The position numbers were made by a program, and so were the translations under genes. Below the pieces are notes generated by a model that had not been told where the DNA came from, made no database searches, and saw only the letters and a program-made list of their open reading frames with translations. Positions 32,187 to 41,422 of a DNA stretch of 64,000 bases are shown piece after piece (within the stretch, counting starts at the first letter, position 1; every line of letters starts with the position of its first letter). This DNA comes from an uncultured Verrucomicrobiae bacterium (GTDB lineage: Bacteria; Verrucomicrobiota; Verrucomicrobiia; Chthoniobacterales; JAFAMB01): NCBI GenBank assembly GCA_963808535.1, contig CAWEGF010000023.1, positions 66,715 through 130,714 on the forward strand. The letters run 5' to 3'.

Positions 32187-33674
32187 TCAGTTCGGTTGGA
32201 TAATTACAAAGGATCGTTGGCGGTTGCGCGCCATTCCCACCATCACCGGCCGGTCAGGGTCCAATCGGCTAACCATGCTCTGAAATTCGTCGACGTTGGC
32301 CACCGGCTGTCGATTAATCTGTTCGATGACGTCTCCTGGCCGGAGTTCTTGGGCCACCCCCGAGCTAGGATCGACGCGGGTGACAATTACCCCGTTCACG
32401 TTAGCCGGAACATTGGCCTGTGAGCGAAGTTGCGGGGTCAGGTTCTTCACTTCGATCCCCGCAAAAACGGCATTCTGCGAATTCGGAGAAGGATCGGGTG
32501 CATTCTGGTTCCGATTGAGCCGCGCGGCGAGGTCCGCTGGTTGCTCAATCACCTGTGCCATGACGGTTTTACTTTCGCCGTCGCGTACCAGGTCGATCGT
32601 CAAATTTGAGCCGATGTCCGATTCGGCAATCCGATTGACCAACGCCACCGTGTCCTTCACCTCGTAGCCGTTGACCTTGCGAATGACATCGCCTCGGATG
32701 ATACCCGCCTTCTCAGCCGGAGAACCGGGAGTGACGTCTGTCACCAAAGCACCCCGCGCACTGTTGAGCTTGAATTGCTCCGCGATATCCGCGGTCACCG
32801 GTTGAATTCCCACCCCGAGGTAACCTCGGATCACTCTGCCCTTCGAAATAATACTGTTCATCGCAGCCCGGACAACATTGGATGGAATCGCAAACCCAAT
32901 CCCCTGGTTCCCGCCGGATTCAGAGTAAATCGCCGTGTTGATCCCGATGACCTCACCCCGAATATTCACCAGAGGTCCCCCTGAATTTCCGGGGTTGATT
33001 GCCGTGTCCGTTTGGAAAAACTCGACTTGGCTATCATTCATGGCCCGTCTGTCCTTGGCACTGATAATTCCTTGGCTCACGCTCTCATCCAGACCAAAAG
33101 GATTGCCGATCGCCATCACGATCTGGCCAACCCGCACCTTGTCAGAGTCCCCGATCGGCAACGGAGTCAGATTTTCAAGATCGATCTTCAGCACGGCCAA
33201 GTCGATTTGCCCGTCTGTCCCGACAATTTTTGCTTTGGATTGACGGCCGTCACTTAATTGCACGGTGACATCATCCGTTCCATTCAGAACGTGGTTATTG
33301 GTCACGATGTGTCCCTCTTTGGAAACGATCACCCCCGACCCGAGAGAGGTGACCTTCTGTTGAGGGCTCTCATCCGAGAAACGTCGGCCAAAAAAAAGCT
33401 CCAGAGGATCCACGGGCATCCGGCGAGAAACGGTTTTTGTCGTGGTGATGCTGACCACACTAGGCACCACAGCATTGGCCACTTTGGTGTACTCCTCGTC
33501 CAATCGCTGCAGCACATCGACCGAATTCAAGTCGAGGCTCGGTTTGTCCGCCGGCGTAAACTTCTCCACTTTCACTTGAGCTGGGCCGGGTTGCCTGCCT
33601 TGCCACACGTAAATGAGAGAAATCGCGAGAGCCAGTAATAAAACGAAAACCAAAAACTTCAGAAAACTCTTCAT
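32187..33674 (-). CDS. Do/DegP/HtrA family periplasmic serine endoprotease (two PDZ-like regions)
   Basis: 495-aa ORF with a signal/anchor helix, catalytic TDTAINPGNSGGPLVN, and two C-terminal PDZ-like segments. Confidence 0.88.
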   Translation of the reverse strand: MKSFLKFLVFVLLLALAISLIYVWQGRQPGPAQVKVEKFTPADKPSLDLNSVDVLQRLDEEYTKVANAVVPSVVSITTTKTVSRRMPVDPLELFFGRRFSDESPQQKVTSLGSGVIVSKEGHIVTNNHVLNGTDDVTVQLSDGRQSKAKIVGTDGQIDLAVLKIDLENLTPLPIGDSDKVRVGQIVMAIGNPFGLDESVSQGIISAKDRRAMNDSQVEFFQTDTAINPGNSGGPLVNIRGEVIGINTAIYSESGGNQGIGFAIPSNVVRAAMNSIISKGRVIRGYLGVGIQPVTADIAEQFKLNSARGALVTDVTPGSPAEKAGIIRGDVIRKVNGYEVKDTVALVNRIAESDIGSNLTIDLVRDGESKTVMAQVIEQPADLAARLNRNQNAPDPSPNSQNAVFAGIEVKNLTPQLRSQANVPANVNGVIVTRVDPSSGVAQELRPGDVIEQINRQPVANVDEFQSMVSRLDPDRPVMVGMARNRQRSFVIIQPN

Positions 33675-33685
33675 GGTTGGCGGAC

Positions 33686-35734
33686 TTAATTAGCTAAACT
33701 TGTTCCATTTTCCTCAATTTGGATAGCGAAACGCATAAAATGTTGATGTTGTGGCTGTTGCAATAGAGGATCTTGGTCCAAGATCGTTCGGGCGATATCT
33801 TTCGCTTTAAAAAGTAACGCTTCATCTTCAATCAAACTGGCCAGACGCAAGGGCGGCAGACCGCTCTGCGCGGTGCCCAGCAAATCCCCCGGTCCCCTCA
33901 TGCGCAGGTCAGCCTCGGCGATTTCAAAACCGTTCTCGCTTCGTTCCAAGATGGCGAGTTTATCAAGCGCCTCAGGGTCTTCGCGATCGGTGAGCAGAAT
34001 GCAGTAGCTTTGGTGCCGGCTCCGCCCGATTCTTCCTCGCAATTGATGTAGTTGAGCCAACCCGAATCGTTCCGAATTTTCGATCAACATCACGGTGGCA
34101 TTTGGCACGTCGATCCCTACCTCGATCACCGTGGTGGCAATCAAAACGTCGATCCCCCCGTTTCGAAACTGCTCCATCACGCGCTCTTTCTCATCTGCGG
34201 TCAACCGGCCGTGCAAGAGACCGCATCGCAGCGGCGCGAGTAATTTCTCCCACTTGTGATATTCGGTGGTCGCGGCCTTTACACTAAGCGTCTCCGACTC
34301 TTCGATTACCGGATAGATGATGTAGATTTGTCGCCCGGCCTTCACGCGCTGGCGAATAAACGAGGCGGCTTCGGGGATCTTCGCCGAGGGTCGAACCCGA
34401 GTGATGATCGCTCGGCGGTTGGCCGGTTTTTCATCCAGAATCGAGACCTCGAGATCACCATAAACCGTCATCGCCAGAGTGCGCGGAATGGGCGTGGCAC
34501 TCATCACCAGAAGGTCTGGGACCGGTCGTCTCTCCAGTAATTTGGACCGCTGCAGGACGCCAAATTTGTGCTGTTCATCGATGACCACGAGGCCGAGACG
34601 CCCAAACTGTTCGGTGCCGTAAAGCAATGCATGGGTCCCGATCACGATCTGAGGCTCTCCCTGCAGTTCGATGTGCGAAGCTTCCTGCCGAGTGCCAGTC
34701 CGGAGAGCAATCCGAACATCAAGGGAAGAAAGCCAGTGCCGGAAGTTAGTAAAATGTTGCTCCGCTAGAACTTGGGTGGGTGACATCAAGGCTGCCTGAT
34801 AGCCTGCCTCGACGGCATAAAGCATCGCTGCCGCCGCGACCAGGGTCTTACCGGCGCCCACGTCGCCTTGCAAAAGACGACTCATCGGAACTTCTTTCGC
34901 CATATCTTTCCGAATCTCTTCGATCGCTCGCGCCTGAGCTGAAGTCATCCGGTACGGCAGCACGCCAAGAAACTGTTCCATCAACTCTCCAGTCGCCACG
35001 TGGCAGTCACCTTTCAGAGCCGCCACCGAACGCTTTCGTTGTTCCGCCACGATCTGCATCGCCACAAATTCCGCTGTTGCGAGCACCTTTCTTGCCGCCT
35101 CGCGGGCCGCCCAACTTTCCGGGAAATGGATTTGGCCCAAGGCTTCCCTTTCCGACATCGAATCGAGATCGATATCTCGAGACGGTTCCTGTCCCCGAAG
35201 TTGCTGCACGGCGAGAAACATCAATGAACGCAAGCCTCTTTGCCGCACACCTTCGATGAGCGGGTAAACGGGCGTGATCCGACCCACGTGAATATTCTCT
35301 TCGCCTTCTTCTTCAACGATCTCGAACTCTGGATGGTCCAGGTAAACCCGATTGCGATACTGTTTGGGGCGGCCAAAGATGATCAGTTCCTGCCCGGTGG
35401 CAAACATTCGCTGGAGATAATGCTGATTGAACCATCGGCAGATAACACGGCCGCTCAGCGCCGTATTGAGGAGATCCTCCAGGGTGACCTCCAGTATCTT
35501 CCGTCCGCCAAAATATTGAGCGGATATTTTTTGAATCTTTCCGCGAAGACAGATCGAATCCTCCGCACCGCTCGTGGGGAACGCCGCGAATCGGCTCCGA
35601 TCTTCATATCGTCTCGGATAATGCTCCAACAAGTGCCGCCAAGTCCCCATTCCGAGGCGTTGGATCAATTTTCGCTGCGGTTCTGCCAACCAGGCGAGCT
35701 GTGCAAGCGATTGATCGAGGAAGTCCACATTCAT
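33686..35734 (-). CDS. recG: ATP-dependent DNA helicase RecG
   Basis: ORF 33686..35794 with LLEHYPRRYEDRS (wedge-domain region), GDVGAGKT, VIDEQHKFG, QLHQLRGRIGR. Start placed at the ATG at 35734 (MNVDFLDQ), which removes the overlap with recJ. Confidence 0.9.
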   Translation of the reverse strand: MNVDFLDQSLAQLAWLAEPQRKLIQRLGMGTWRHLLEHYPRRYEDRSRFAAFPTSGAEDSICLRGKIQKISAQYFGGRKILEVTLEDLLNTALSGRVICRWFNQHYLQRMFATGQELIIFGRPKQYRNRVYLDHPEFEIVEEEGEENIHVGRITPVYPLIEGVRQRGLRSLMFLAVQQLRGQEPSRDIDLDSMSEREALGQIHFPESWAAREAARKVLATAEFVAMQIVAEQRKRSVAALKGDCHVATGELMEQFLGVLPYRMTSAQARAIEEIRKDMAKEVPMSRLLQGDVGAGKTLVAAAAMLYAVEAGYQAALMSPTQVLAEQHFTNFRHWLSSLDVRIALRTGTRQEASHIELQGEPQIVIGTHALLYGTEQFGRLGLVVIDEQHKFGVLQRSKLLERRPVPDLLVMSATPIPRTLAMTVYGDLEVSILDEKPANRRAIITRVRPSAKIPEAASFIRQRVKAGRQIYIIYPVIEESETLSVKAATTEYHKWEKLLAPLRCGLLHGRLTADEKERVMEQFRNGGIDVLIATTVIEVGIDVPNATVMLIENSERFGLAQLHQLRGRIGRSRHQSYCILLTDREDPEALDKLAILERSENGFEIAEADLRMRGPGDLLGTAQSGLPPLRLASLIEDEALLFKAKDIARTILDQDPLLQQPQHQHFMRFAIQIEENGTSLAN

Positions 35735-35762
35735 TATCACGAAGCGCCTGGCTAGACTTCTC

Positions 35763-37454
35763 TCATTCTCCCGAGCTTCGCAGGGCCTCAACATGGAGCT
35801 GAAGTTGGACTTGGTTTTGGTAATTGTTGGCTTCCAGGTAAAACGCGATATCCCAAGGCGGTTTCGGTAACGGAAATTTTGCTCCGTTGAAATGAATGGC
35901 CTTTAAAAATGATGAGCCGTGCCGCAGCGTAAATAATCGATGTTTTTCCCGCAGTAATCTCGGTTCACCCGTGGGCGCCACGCTTCGAATGAAAAAGAGG
36001 GGCTGGGGGTTTCCAATGCCAAACGGCTGCAGCATATCGTGGCAATTGAGAAATTTGAGGTTGATATCCTGCCCGGTAAGCTCGGCATCGAGTTCGAGCC
36101 GTGGCTTCAATAACTCCGGGGTCAGCATCCGTCCCGCCGCCGCCCGGAAAGCCGAGGAAAATGACTCCAGTTGATCAAAGCCAATACGGACACCAGCCGC
36201 CATCTCGTGTCCGCCAAATTGCAAAAGGTACTCGCCGCATTCGTCCAGGGCTTTGACCATCGATAGTCCCGGGACGCTTCTTCCACTCCCCTTGCCTTCG
36301 CCCGAGTCATCGAAGCCGATAACTACCGAAGGACGATGAAATTGCTTCGCTAGGCGCGAGGCGACGATCCCAACCACACCCGGATGCCAGCCGCGCGAAC
36401 CGACCACGATCGCCGCGTCCCGGTCAGGGACGAAGGTGTGTTCAAGCTGCTGTAGAACTTCTTCCAGAGTCTTTTGTTCGACTGATTGCCGGTCGCGATT
36501 CTGCCAATCCAGGCTGCGCGCTAACAGAAAGGCCTTTTCCGAATCATCCGCCAGCAAAAGATCGAGGGCATCTTGAGCCACTCCAACCCGTCCGGCAGCA
36601 TTTAAGCGCGGGGCCAGGCGAAAGCTGACATGCGCCGGCCGAATTGGTAGCGTTACTCCAGCAACCTGGATTAAGGCTCGCAATCCCAGCCATTCGGTTT
36701 GCTCGAGTTGCCGCAGACCATGTTGCACAAACGTGCGATTCTCATCCACCAAAGGCACCAGGTCCGCGATCGTGGCGAGAGCAACCAGGTCGAGATATTT
36801 CTTTAGATCAAAATCCGGAAGCCGACGGGCGCGCAACAAAGCGTGACAAAGCTTAAAGACTAGTCCCCCGGTGCAAAGGTAGTGATAGCCCGAACCCATC
36901 TTCGGATTCACGAACGCGCGGCAAACCGGTAGACGTCCCTTCGCTTCATGGTGGTCTACGACCACCACATCCACCCCGCTGGCCTCGATTTCGCTGATCC
37001 GCTCAGCAGCAGTGGTCCCACAATCGAGGGCCATTAAGAGTTTCGGCGAATGGAGGGCCAGGCACCGATGCACTCCCTCTTCAGATAAGCCGTATCCTTC
37101 CTCGAGCCGATGAGGCAGGAAAGTCCGGACGTCGGCACCAAACGCCTTCAGCATCCGGTCCAGAAGAGCAACCGAAGTTACTCCGTCGACATCGTAGTCG
37201 CCATACAGGACCACGGTCTCACGGCGATCAATCGCTTGAAAAACTCGATCGACTGCCTTTTGCATCCCGCCAATCTCCAGGGGATCGCGCAAATCGCGCA
37301 AACGAGGAAACAAAAACTGGCGTGCTCGCAGTTCTTCGACCAGGCCCATTTTGGCCAAAATACGGGCTAAGCCAGGGGAAAGATCCAATTGCTGAGAAAC
37401 CGCGTAGGCGCCTTCCAGCTGGATCGGCTCAGGAAACGACCAGAGACGGTTCAT
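35763..37454 (-). CDS. recJ: single-stranded-DNA-specific exonuclease RecJ
   Basis: 563-aa ORF with DHH motifs (YGDYDVDGVTS, VVDHH) and DHHA1 (GGHEMAAG). Confidence 0.9.
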   Translation of the reverse strand: MNRLWSFPEPIQLEGAYAVSQQLDLSPGLARILAKMGLVEELRARQFLFPRLRDLRDPLEIGGMQKAVDRVFQAIDRRETVVLYGDYDVDGVTSVALLDRMLKAFGADVRTFLPHRLEEGYGLSEEGVHRCLALHSPKLLMALDCGTTAAERISEIEASGVDVVVVDHHEAKGRLPVCRAFVNPKMGSGYHYLCTGGLVFKLCHALLRARRLPDFDLKKYLDLVALATIADLVPLVDENRTFVQHGLRQLEQTEWLGLRALIQVAGVTLPIRPAHVSFRLAPRLNAAGRVGVAQDALDLLLADDSEKAFLLARSLDWQNRDRQSVEQKTLEEVLQQLEHTFVPDRDAAIVVGSRGWHPGVVGIVASRLAKQFHRPSVVIGFDDSGEGKGSGRSVPGLSMVKALDECGEYLLQFGGHEMAAGVRIGFDQLESFSSAFRAAAGRMLTPELLKPRLELDAELTGQDINLKFLNCHDMLQPFGIGNPQPLFFIRSVAPTGEPRLLREKHRLFTLRHGSSFLKAIHFNGAKFPLPKPPWDIAFYLEANNYQNQVQLQLHVEALRSSGE

Positions 37455-37730
37455 ATCAATACTGCCAAGAATGCCACGAAACCTGGGAATGCCAAGGTCC
37501 TTGCGAATCTCATTTGACTACCCGCGGGCGCGCCATTAGCTTGGGGTTCGATGCGCTTAAACGGACAGCTTTTTAGCCTTCCGCTCTTCCTGCTCGGGAG
37601 TGGCGCCCCAAATCTTTCTTTCCTCCTATAGTCTCGTTTGGTCTGGTCAGAATCGTTCGCGGTGAAAGCGATTTTGATCTAATCGCTTCCGCACCGCAAA
37701 TCGAATTTCTACTAATAACTTCAGGCAAAC

Positions 37731-39296
37731 ATGTCAGACAAAGTCTTAATTTTCGACACCACTCTGCGGGACGGCGAACAGTGCCCCGGAGCGTCGATGA
37801 ATCTCCGCGAAAAAATGGAGGTCGCACGTCAACTGTTGCGTTTAAACGTTGATGTGATCGAAGCCGGTTTCCCCGTGATCAGTGATGGCGATTTCGAAGC
37901 CGTACAAAAAATTGCTACCGAGATCCGTGGACCAATCATTGCGGGACTCGCCCGTTGCGTTCCCAAGGATATTGACGCGGCCGGCGCGGCCGTAAAACCA
38001 GCCGGGGATCGCGCCCGGATTCATATCTTTTTGGCCACCTCAAAAATTCACCGCGATTTCAAGCTCAAGAAGCCCAGCGAAGAGATCATCCGGCTGACCA
38101 TTGAAAGCGTGAAACGGGCCAAGGCCATCGTTCAAGATGTCGAGTTTTCCCCGGAAGACGCCTCTCGTACTGAACCGGAATTTCTGGCTGAGGTGGTCGA
38201 GGCCGCTATCCAGGCGGGGGCGACCACGGTCAATATTCCCGATACTGTCGGCTATGCCGTCCCTGCCCAGTACGCTGATCTGATCCGATACTTGAAGTCT
38301 AACGTGAAGCGTATCGATGATGCCATTATCAGTGTGCATTGTCACAATGATCTCGGGTTGGCCGTGGCGAATTCGATCGCTGCCGTCCAGGCGGGCGCGC
38401 GCCAAATCGAGGGAACCGTAAACGGGATCGGCGAACGGGCCGGTAACGCCGCTATCGAAGAAATTGTGATGGCCATCAAGACGCGGTCCGATTATTTCAA
38501 AGACTTTCACACCGAAGTGAACGTCCGTGAGATTGTAAAATCTTCGCGCTTGGTTAGTCGGATGAGCGGCCTGATGGTGGCTCGCAGCAAAGCGATCGTT
38601 GGCGAGAATGCTTTTGCTCATAGTTCCGGAATCCATCAAGATGGAATTCTCAAGCATCGTGCCACCTACGAGATCATGGATCCACGCGATGTAGGTTGGG
38701 GCGAAACGGAATTACCCCTGACTAAGCATAGTGGACGGCACGCCATGGCCAAACGACTGCAGCATCTGGGCTACCAACTGAGCGACGAGGAACTCGGCCA
38801 GATCTTTATCCGGTTCAAGGAAATTGGCGACAAGAAGAAGTTTGTCTACGACGACGATCTGGGAGCCTTGGTCGACGACTCGATCAGCCTGATTCAGGAG
38901 ACCTGGCAGATGGATTATATTAACGTCACGTCAGGAACCACCACCATTCCGACGGCCACGGTGCGCTTGCGAAAAGGGGAAGAGACGCTGCAGGATTCAT
39001 CGCCAGGAAACGGGGCTGTCGATGCCACCATGAAGGCGATCGACCGCATTCTCAACCAGCGGGGGCACTTGGTAGAATATCATGTTACCGCAGTCTCGAG
39101 CGGCAAAGATGCCTTGGGCGAAGTCAATTTGAAATGCGATTTCGGAGGTGGCCGACTGATTACCGGAAAAGGCGCGAGCACAGATGTCATTGAAGCCAGC
39201 GCCCGCGCCTACCTGAATGCTATGAATCGAATGCTGCATCAAATGCAGCACACTCCGGAAAAAGAGGTCGAATTCCTCGAGGCGGCTGGAGTCTGA
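37731..39296 (+). CDS. leuA: 2-isopropylmalate synthase
   Basis: 521-aa ORF: IFDTTLRDGEQCPGASM, HCHNDLGLAVANS, and a C-terminal LeuA dimerisation/regulatory region. Confidence 0.92.
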   Translation: MSDKVLIFDTTLRDGEQCPGASMNLREKMEVARQLLRLNVDVIEAGFPVISDGDFEAVQKIATEIRGPIIAGLARCVPKDIDAAGAAVKPAGDRARIHIFLATSKIHRDFKLKKPSEEIIRLTIESVKRAKAIVQDVEFSPEDASRTEPEFLAEVVEAAIQAGATTVNIPDTVGYAVPAQYADLIRYLKSNVKRIDDAIISVHCHNDLGLAVANSIAAVQAGARQIEGTVNGIGERAGNAAIEEIVMAIKTRSDYFKDFHTEVNVREIVKSSRLVSRMSGLMVARSKAIVGENAFAHSSGIHQDGILKHRATYEIMDPRDVGWGETELPLTKHSGRHAMAKRLQHLGYQLSDEELGQIFIRFKEIGDKKKFVYDDDLGALVDDSISLIQETWQMDYINVTSGTTTIPTATVRLRKGEETLQDSSPGNGAVDATMKAIDRILNQRGHLVEYHVTAVSSGKDALGEVNLKCDFGGGRLITGKGASTDVIEASARAYLNAMNRMLHQMQHTPEKEVEFLEAAGV

Positions 39297-39304
39297 CTTG
39301 TCGG

Positions 39305-39349
39305 CCGGAGTGTAACGGAAGCATAACCAATCTCCTTCCGGCACTCCGG
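39305..39349 (+). terminator. compound stem-loop just after leuA; possible terminator
   Basis: CCGGAGTG..CGGAAG (39305-) pairs with CTTCCG..CACTCCGG (-39349), 9 nt after the leuA stop. No clear U-tract. Confidence 0.35.
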
Positions 39350-39434
39350 TCTAACTACTGAGACGGTTCCGAAGATTTGACTGAATAAGGTTAGATTTTT
39401 TAAGCAAACGACCGAAGTTTCAGAATCGCAGCAT

Positions 39435-39587
39435 ATGAAAAAGCTACTCTTGCCCATGTTACTTCTGCTGCTCTGCGGCTGCGCCTCGTCGTCAATGAAG
39501 CCAAATCCGCCGGTGACTAGCTCCGATGAACCCGATGCGGTGAAGGAAGACCAAAGGCACGCCATAGACAGTCTCGGCCCAAGGTAA
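39435..39587 (+). CDS. small putative lipoprotein (50 aa)
   Basis: Below the ORF-track size cut-off. MKKLLLPMLLLLLCGCASSS.. has a signal peptide and a lipobox-like LCGC. It lies at the left border of the repeat nest. Confidence 0.4.
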   Translation: MKKLLLPMLLLLLCGCASSSMKPNPPVTSSDEPDAVKEDQRHAIDSLGPR

Positions 39588-39660
39588 CTGTCATAAATCG
39601 CCTCGAATCGATTCGGTCAAAGGGATCTTGGGTTAGCCTCCCTATATGGACCGAGGGCCT

Positions 39661-39945
39661 GCCCCGCAGGGGCTACAGAATTCAGCCCCGGGTTTCAACC
39701 CTGGGAACCCTCAAAAATAAACGGTTCGCCCTCATAAGGACCAGAGGTGCGGGTACCAGATGAAGCTCGCACCTATCGCCGCGCAAAAGTCAGGGTGTAA
39801 TTGGGACGTGTTACAATTGGACCATCGGACCCCGCTTTCGCCTTGTTCGGACGTCCGATCTGGCGCCCCCTTCAGGGCGCGTCGCTCTTGGTGGACGATT
39901 CCCAGCGTTGAAACCCTGGGCTGAGCGCTGTAGCCCCTTCGGGGC
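39661..39945 (+). repeat. family A structured element, copy A1 (285 bp)
   Basis: Bounded by GCCCCGCAGGGGCTACAGAAYTCAGCCCNGGGTTTCAACCCTGGGAA and its inverted complement. The internal core is shared with the other copies. The right flank carries a family C arm ending GCGCCATT at 40021-40028. Confidence 0.9.
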
Positions 39946-40085
39946 ACAAAAGAAAGGCCTCAGCCCGAGGATTGCGGCCTACAGCCTTTTCGGAGCAAAA
40001 TCCTCCCATGCCTTACCTTCGCGCCATTTTTGTCTGACCTCATTCCTTCGTACTGGTTTAGGGTCTATATATGGACCGAGTGCCT

Positions 40086-40349
40086 ACCCCGCAGGGGCTA
40101 CAGAACTCAGCCCAGGGTTTCAACCCTGGGAACCCTCAAATAAACGGTTCGCCCCGACGAAGGGGCGAGAGATGTGGGTACCAGATGAAGCTCACATCTT
40201 TTGCTGCGCAAAAGTCAGGGTGCAAAATTGGGACGTGTTACAATTGGAGCATCGGACCCCGCTTCGCCTTGTTAGGACGTCCGATCTTGGCGCCCCCTTC
40301 AGGGCGCGTCGCTCTTGGTGGACGATTCCCATGGTTGAAACCCTAGGCT
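40086..40349 (+). repeat. family A element, copy A2, 5' part (interrupted by family C insertion at 40350)
   Basis: The same termini and core as A1, but the right terminus stops at ..TTGAAACCCTAGGCT. It resumes at 40772 (see the next features). Confidence 0.9.
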
Positions 40350-40771
40350 GAATGGCGCGAAGATAAGGAGAATTTGGGATGGGCTCTATAGATAAAACCA
40401 AGAACCTGCCCCGCAGGGGCTACAGAACTCAGCCCAGGGTTTTAACCCTGGGAATCCTCAAAATAAACGGTTCGCCCTGAAGGGGCGAGAGATGCGGGTA
40501 CCCGATTAAGGTCGCACCTATTGCCGCGCAAAAGCCAGAGTGCGCAACTGTGCGACAATTGGACCATCGAACCCCACTTCCCCCCTTGTTAGGACGTTCG
40601 ATCTGGCGCCCCTTCAGGGCGCATCGCTCTTGGTGAACGATTCCCAGGGTTGAAACCCTGGGCTGAGTTCTGTAGCCCCTGCGGGGCATAAAACGAAGAC
40701 CTCAGCCCTAGGATTGTGGCCTACAGACCTTTCGGAACAAAATCATTCTATTCCTTAACTTAGCGCCATTC
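40350..40771 (+). mobile_element. family C non-autonomous element, insertion C1 (422 bp), carrying family A copy A3
   Basis: Termini are GAATGGCGCGAAGATAAGGAG... and ...CCTTAACTTAGCGCCATTC (imperfect inverted repeats). It is flanked by a perfect 11-bp direct repeat AACCCTAGGCT (40339-40349 and 40772-40782). Removing the element plus one repeat restores an intact family A terminus. Confidence 0.85.
40408..40687 (+). repeat. family A element, copy A3 (280 bp), inside insertion C1
   Basis: Full termini and core. The loop of the internal AGATGCG/CGCACCT hairpin has diverged while the stem is kept. Confidence 0.9.
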
Positions 40772-40805
40772 AACCCTAGGCTGAGTTCTGTAGCCCCTGC
40801 GGGGC
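40772..40805 (+). repeat. family A element, copy A2, 3' end (continuation of 40086-40349)
   Basis: AACCCTAGGCTGAGTTCTGTAGCCCCTGCGGGGC is the right-terminus remainder, beginning with the duplicated 11-mer. Confidence 0.85.
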
Positions 40806-40946
40806 ATAAAACAAAGGCCTCAGCCCGAGGATTGCGGCCTACAGCCCTTTCGTCGGAGCAAAATCATCCCAAGCCTTATCTTCGCCAATCTGGTCTGACC
40901 CCATTCCTTCGTACTGGGTTAGCCTCTCTATATGGACCGAGGGCCT

Positions 40947-40980
40947 GCCCCGCAGGGGCTTCAGAATTCAGCCCAGGGTT
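40947..40980 (+). repeat. family A element, copy A4, 5' end (interrupted by family C insertion at 40981)
   Basis: GCCCCGCAGGGGCTTCAGAATTCAGCCCAGGGTT is the left terminus, cut after AGCCCAGGGTT. Confidence 0.85.
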
Positions 40981-41422
40981 GAATGGCGCTAAGTTAAGGG
41001 TAGTTTGAGATGTTTTTGCCCTGAAGAATCTTGCTCACGCCCTCCCTAGAAGCCGTTGGAACCGTCTGCAAGCCCGTCCCGGAGGGACAGACCGATCGTA
41101 GCCTGGCACGAAGTGCCTGGGAGAGCACCACTCCAAAAGAACCGTCCCGTAGGGTACGGTATGATCGGGCGCAGCTAATGACGTTCTCGATCGATTCGTG
41201 CTTACACCTGAAAGAATCACACCGTACCCTACGGGACGGATCTTTTGGGGTGGTACTCTCCCAGGCACTTCGTGCCAGGCTACGATCGCATCGTCCCTCC
41301 GGGACTTTTCAAACTTTCAAACAAGCTTTAGCTAGGGAAGAGAACTTGAAATTTGAGCGGGATTTTGCAGAGAAGCCAGGGCAAAATAAATCGCCTACGT
41401 CCTCCTTATCTTCGCGCCATTC
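40981..41422 (+). mobile_element. family C non-autonomous element, insertion C2 (442 bp), carrying family B copy 2
   Basis: Termini are GAATGGCGCTAAGTTAAGGG... and ...CCTCCTTATCTTCGCGCCATTC. It is flanked by a perfect 11-bp direct repeat AGCCCAGGGTT (40970-40980 and 41423-41433). Removing it restores an intact family A left terminus. Confidence 0.85.
41076..41305. repeat. family B hairpin-chain element, copy 2 (230 bp), nested in C2
   Basis: The same inverted termini as 10395-10640 (GTCCCGGAGGGAC..GCCTGGCACGAAGTGCCTGG..GTCCCGTAGGGTACGG). The central part is only partly similar. Confidence 0.85.

Noticed and set aside
37455-37730. Leader/attenuator upstream of leuA (two-part stem 37659-37697)
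   Set aside because: There is no leucine-rich leader peptide ORF and no terminator-like U-tract after the stem. It may just be a transcript-stabilising hairpin.
39732-40689. ORFs inside the repeats (e.g. 39732..39947, 39908..40351, 40429..40689, also 55519..55752, 56019..56285) encoding PRRGYRTQPRVSTLGIVHQERRALKG-like peptides
   Set aside because: The same DNA yields similar peptides on both strands and in different frames because it is palindromic. There are no consistent start/stop positions between copies, so these are read-through of structured repeats, not genes.
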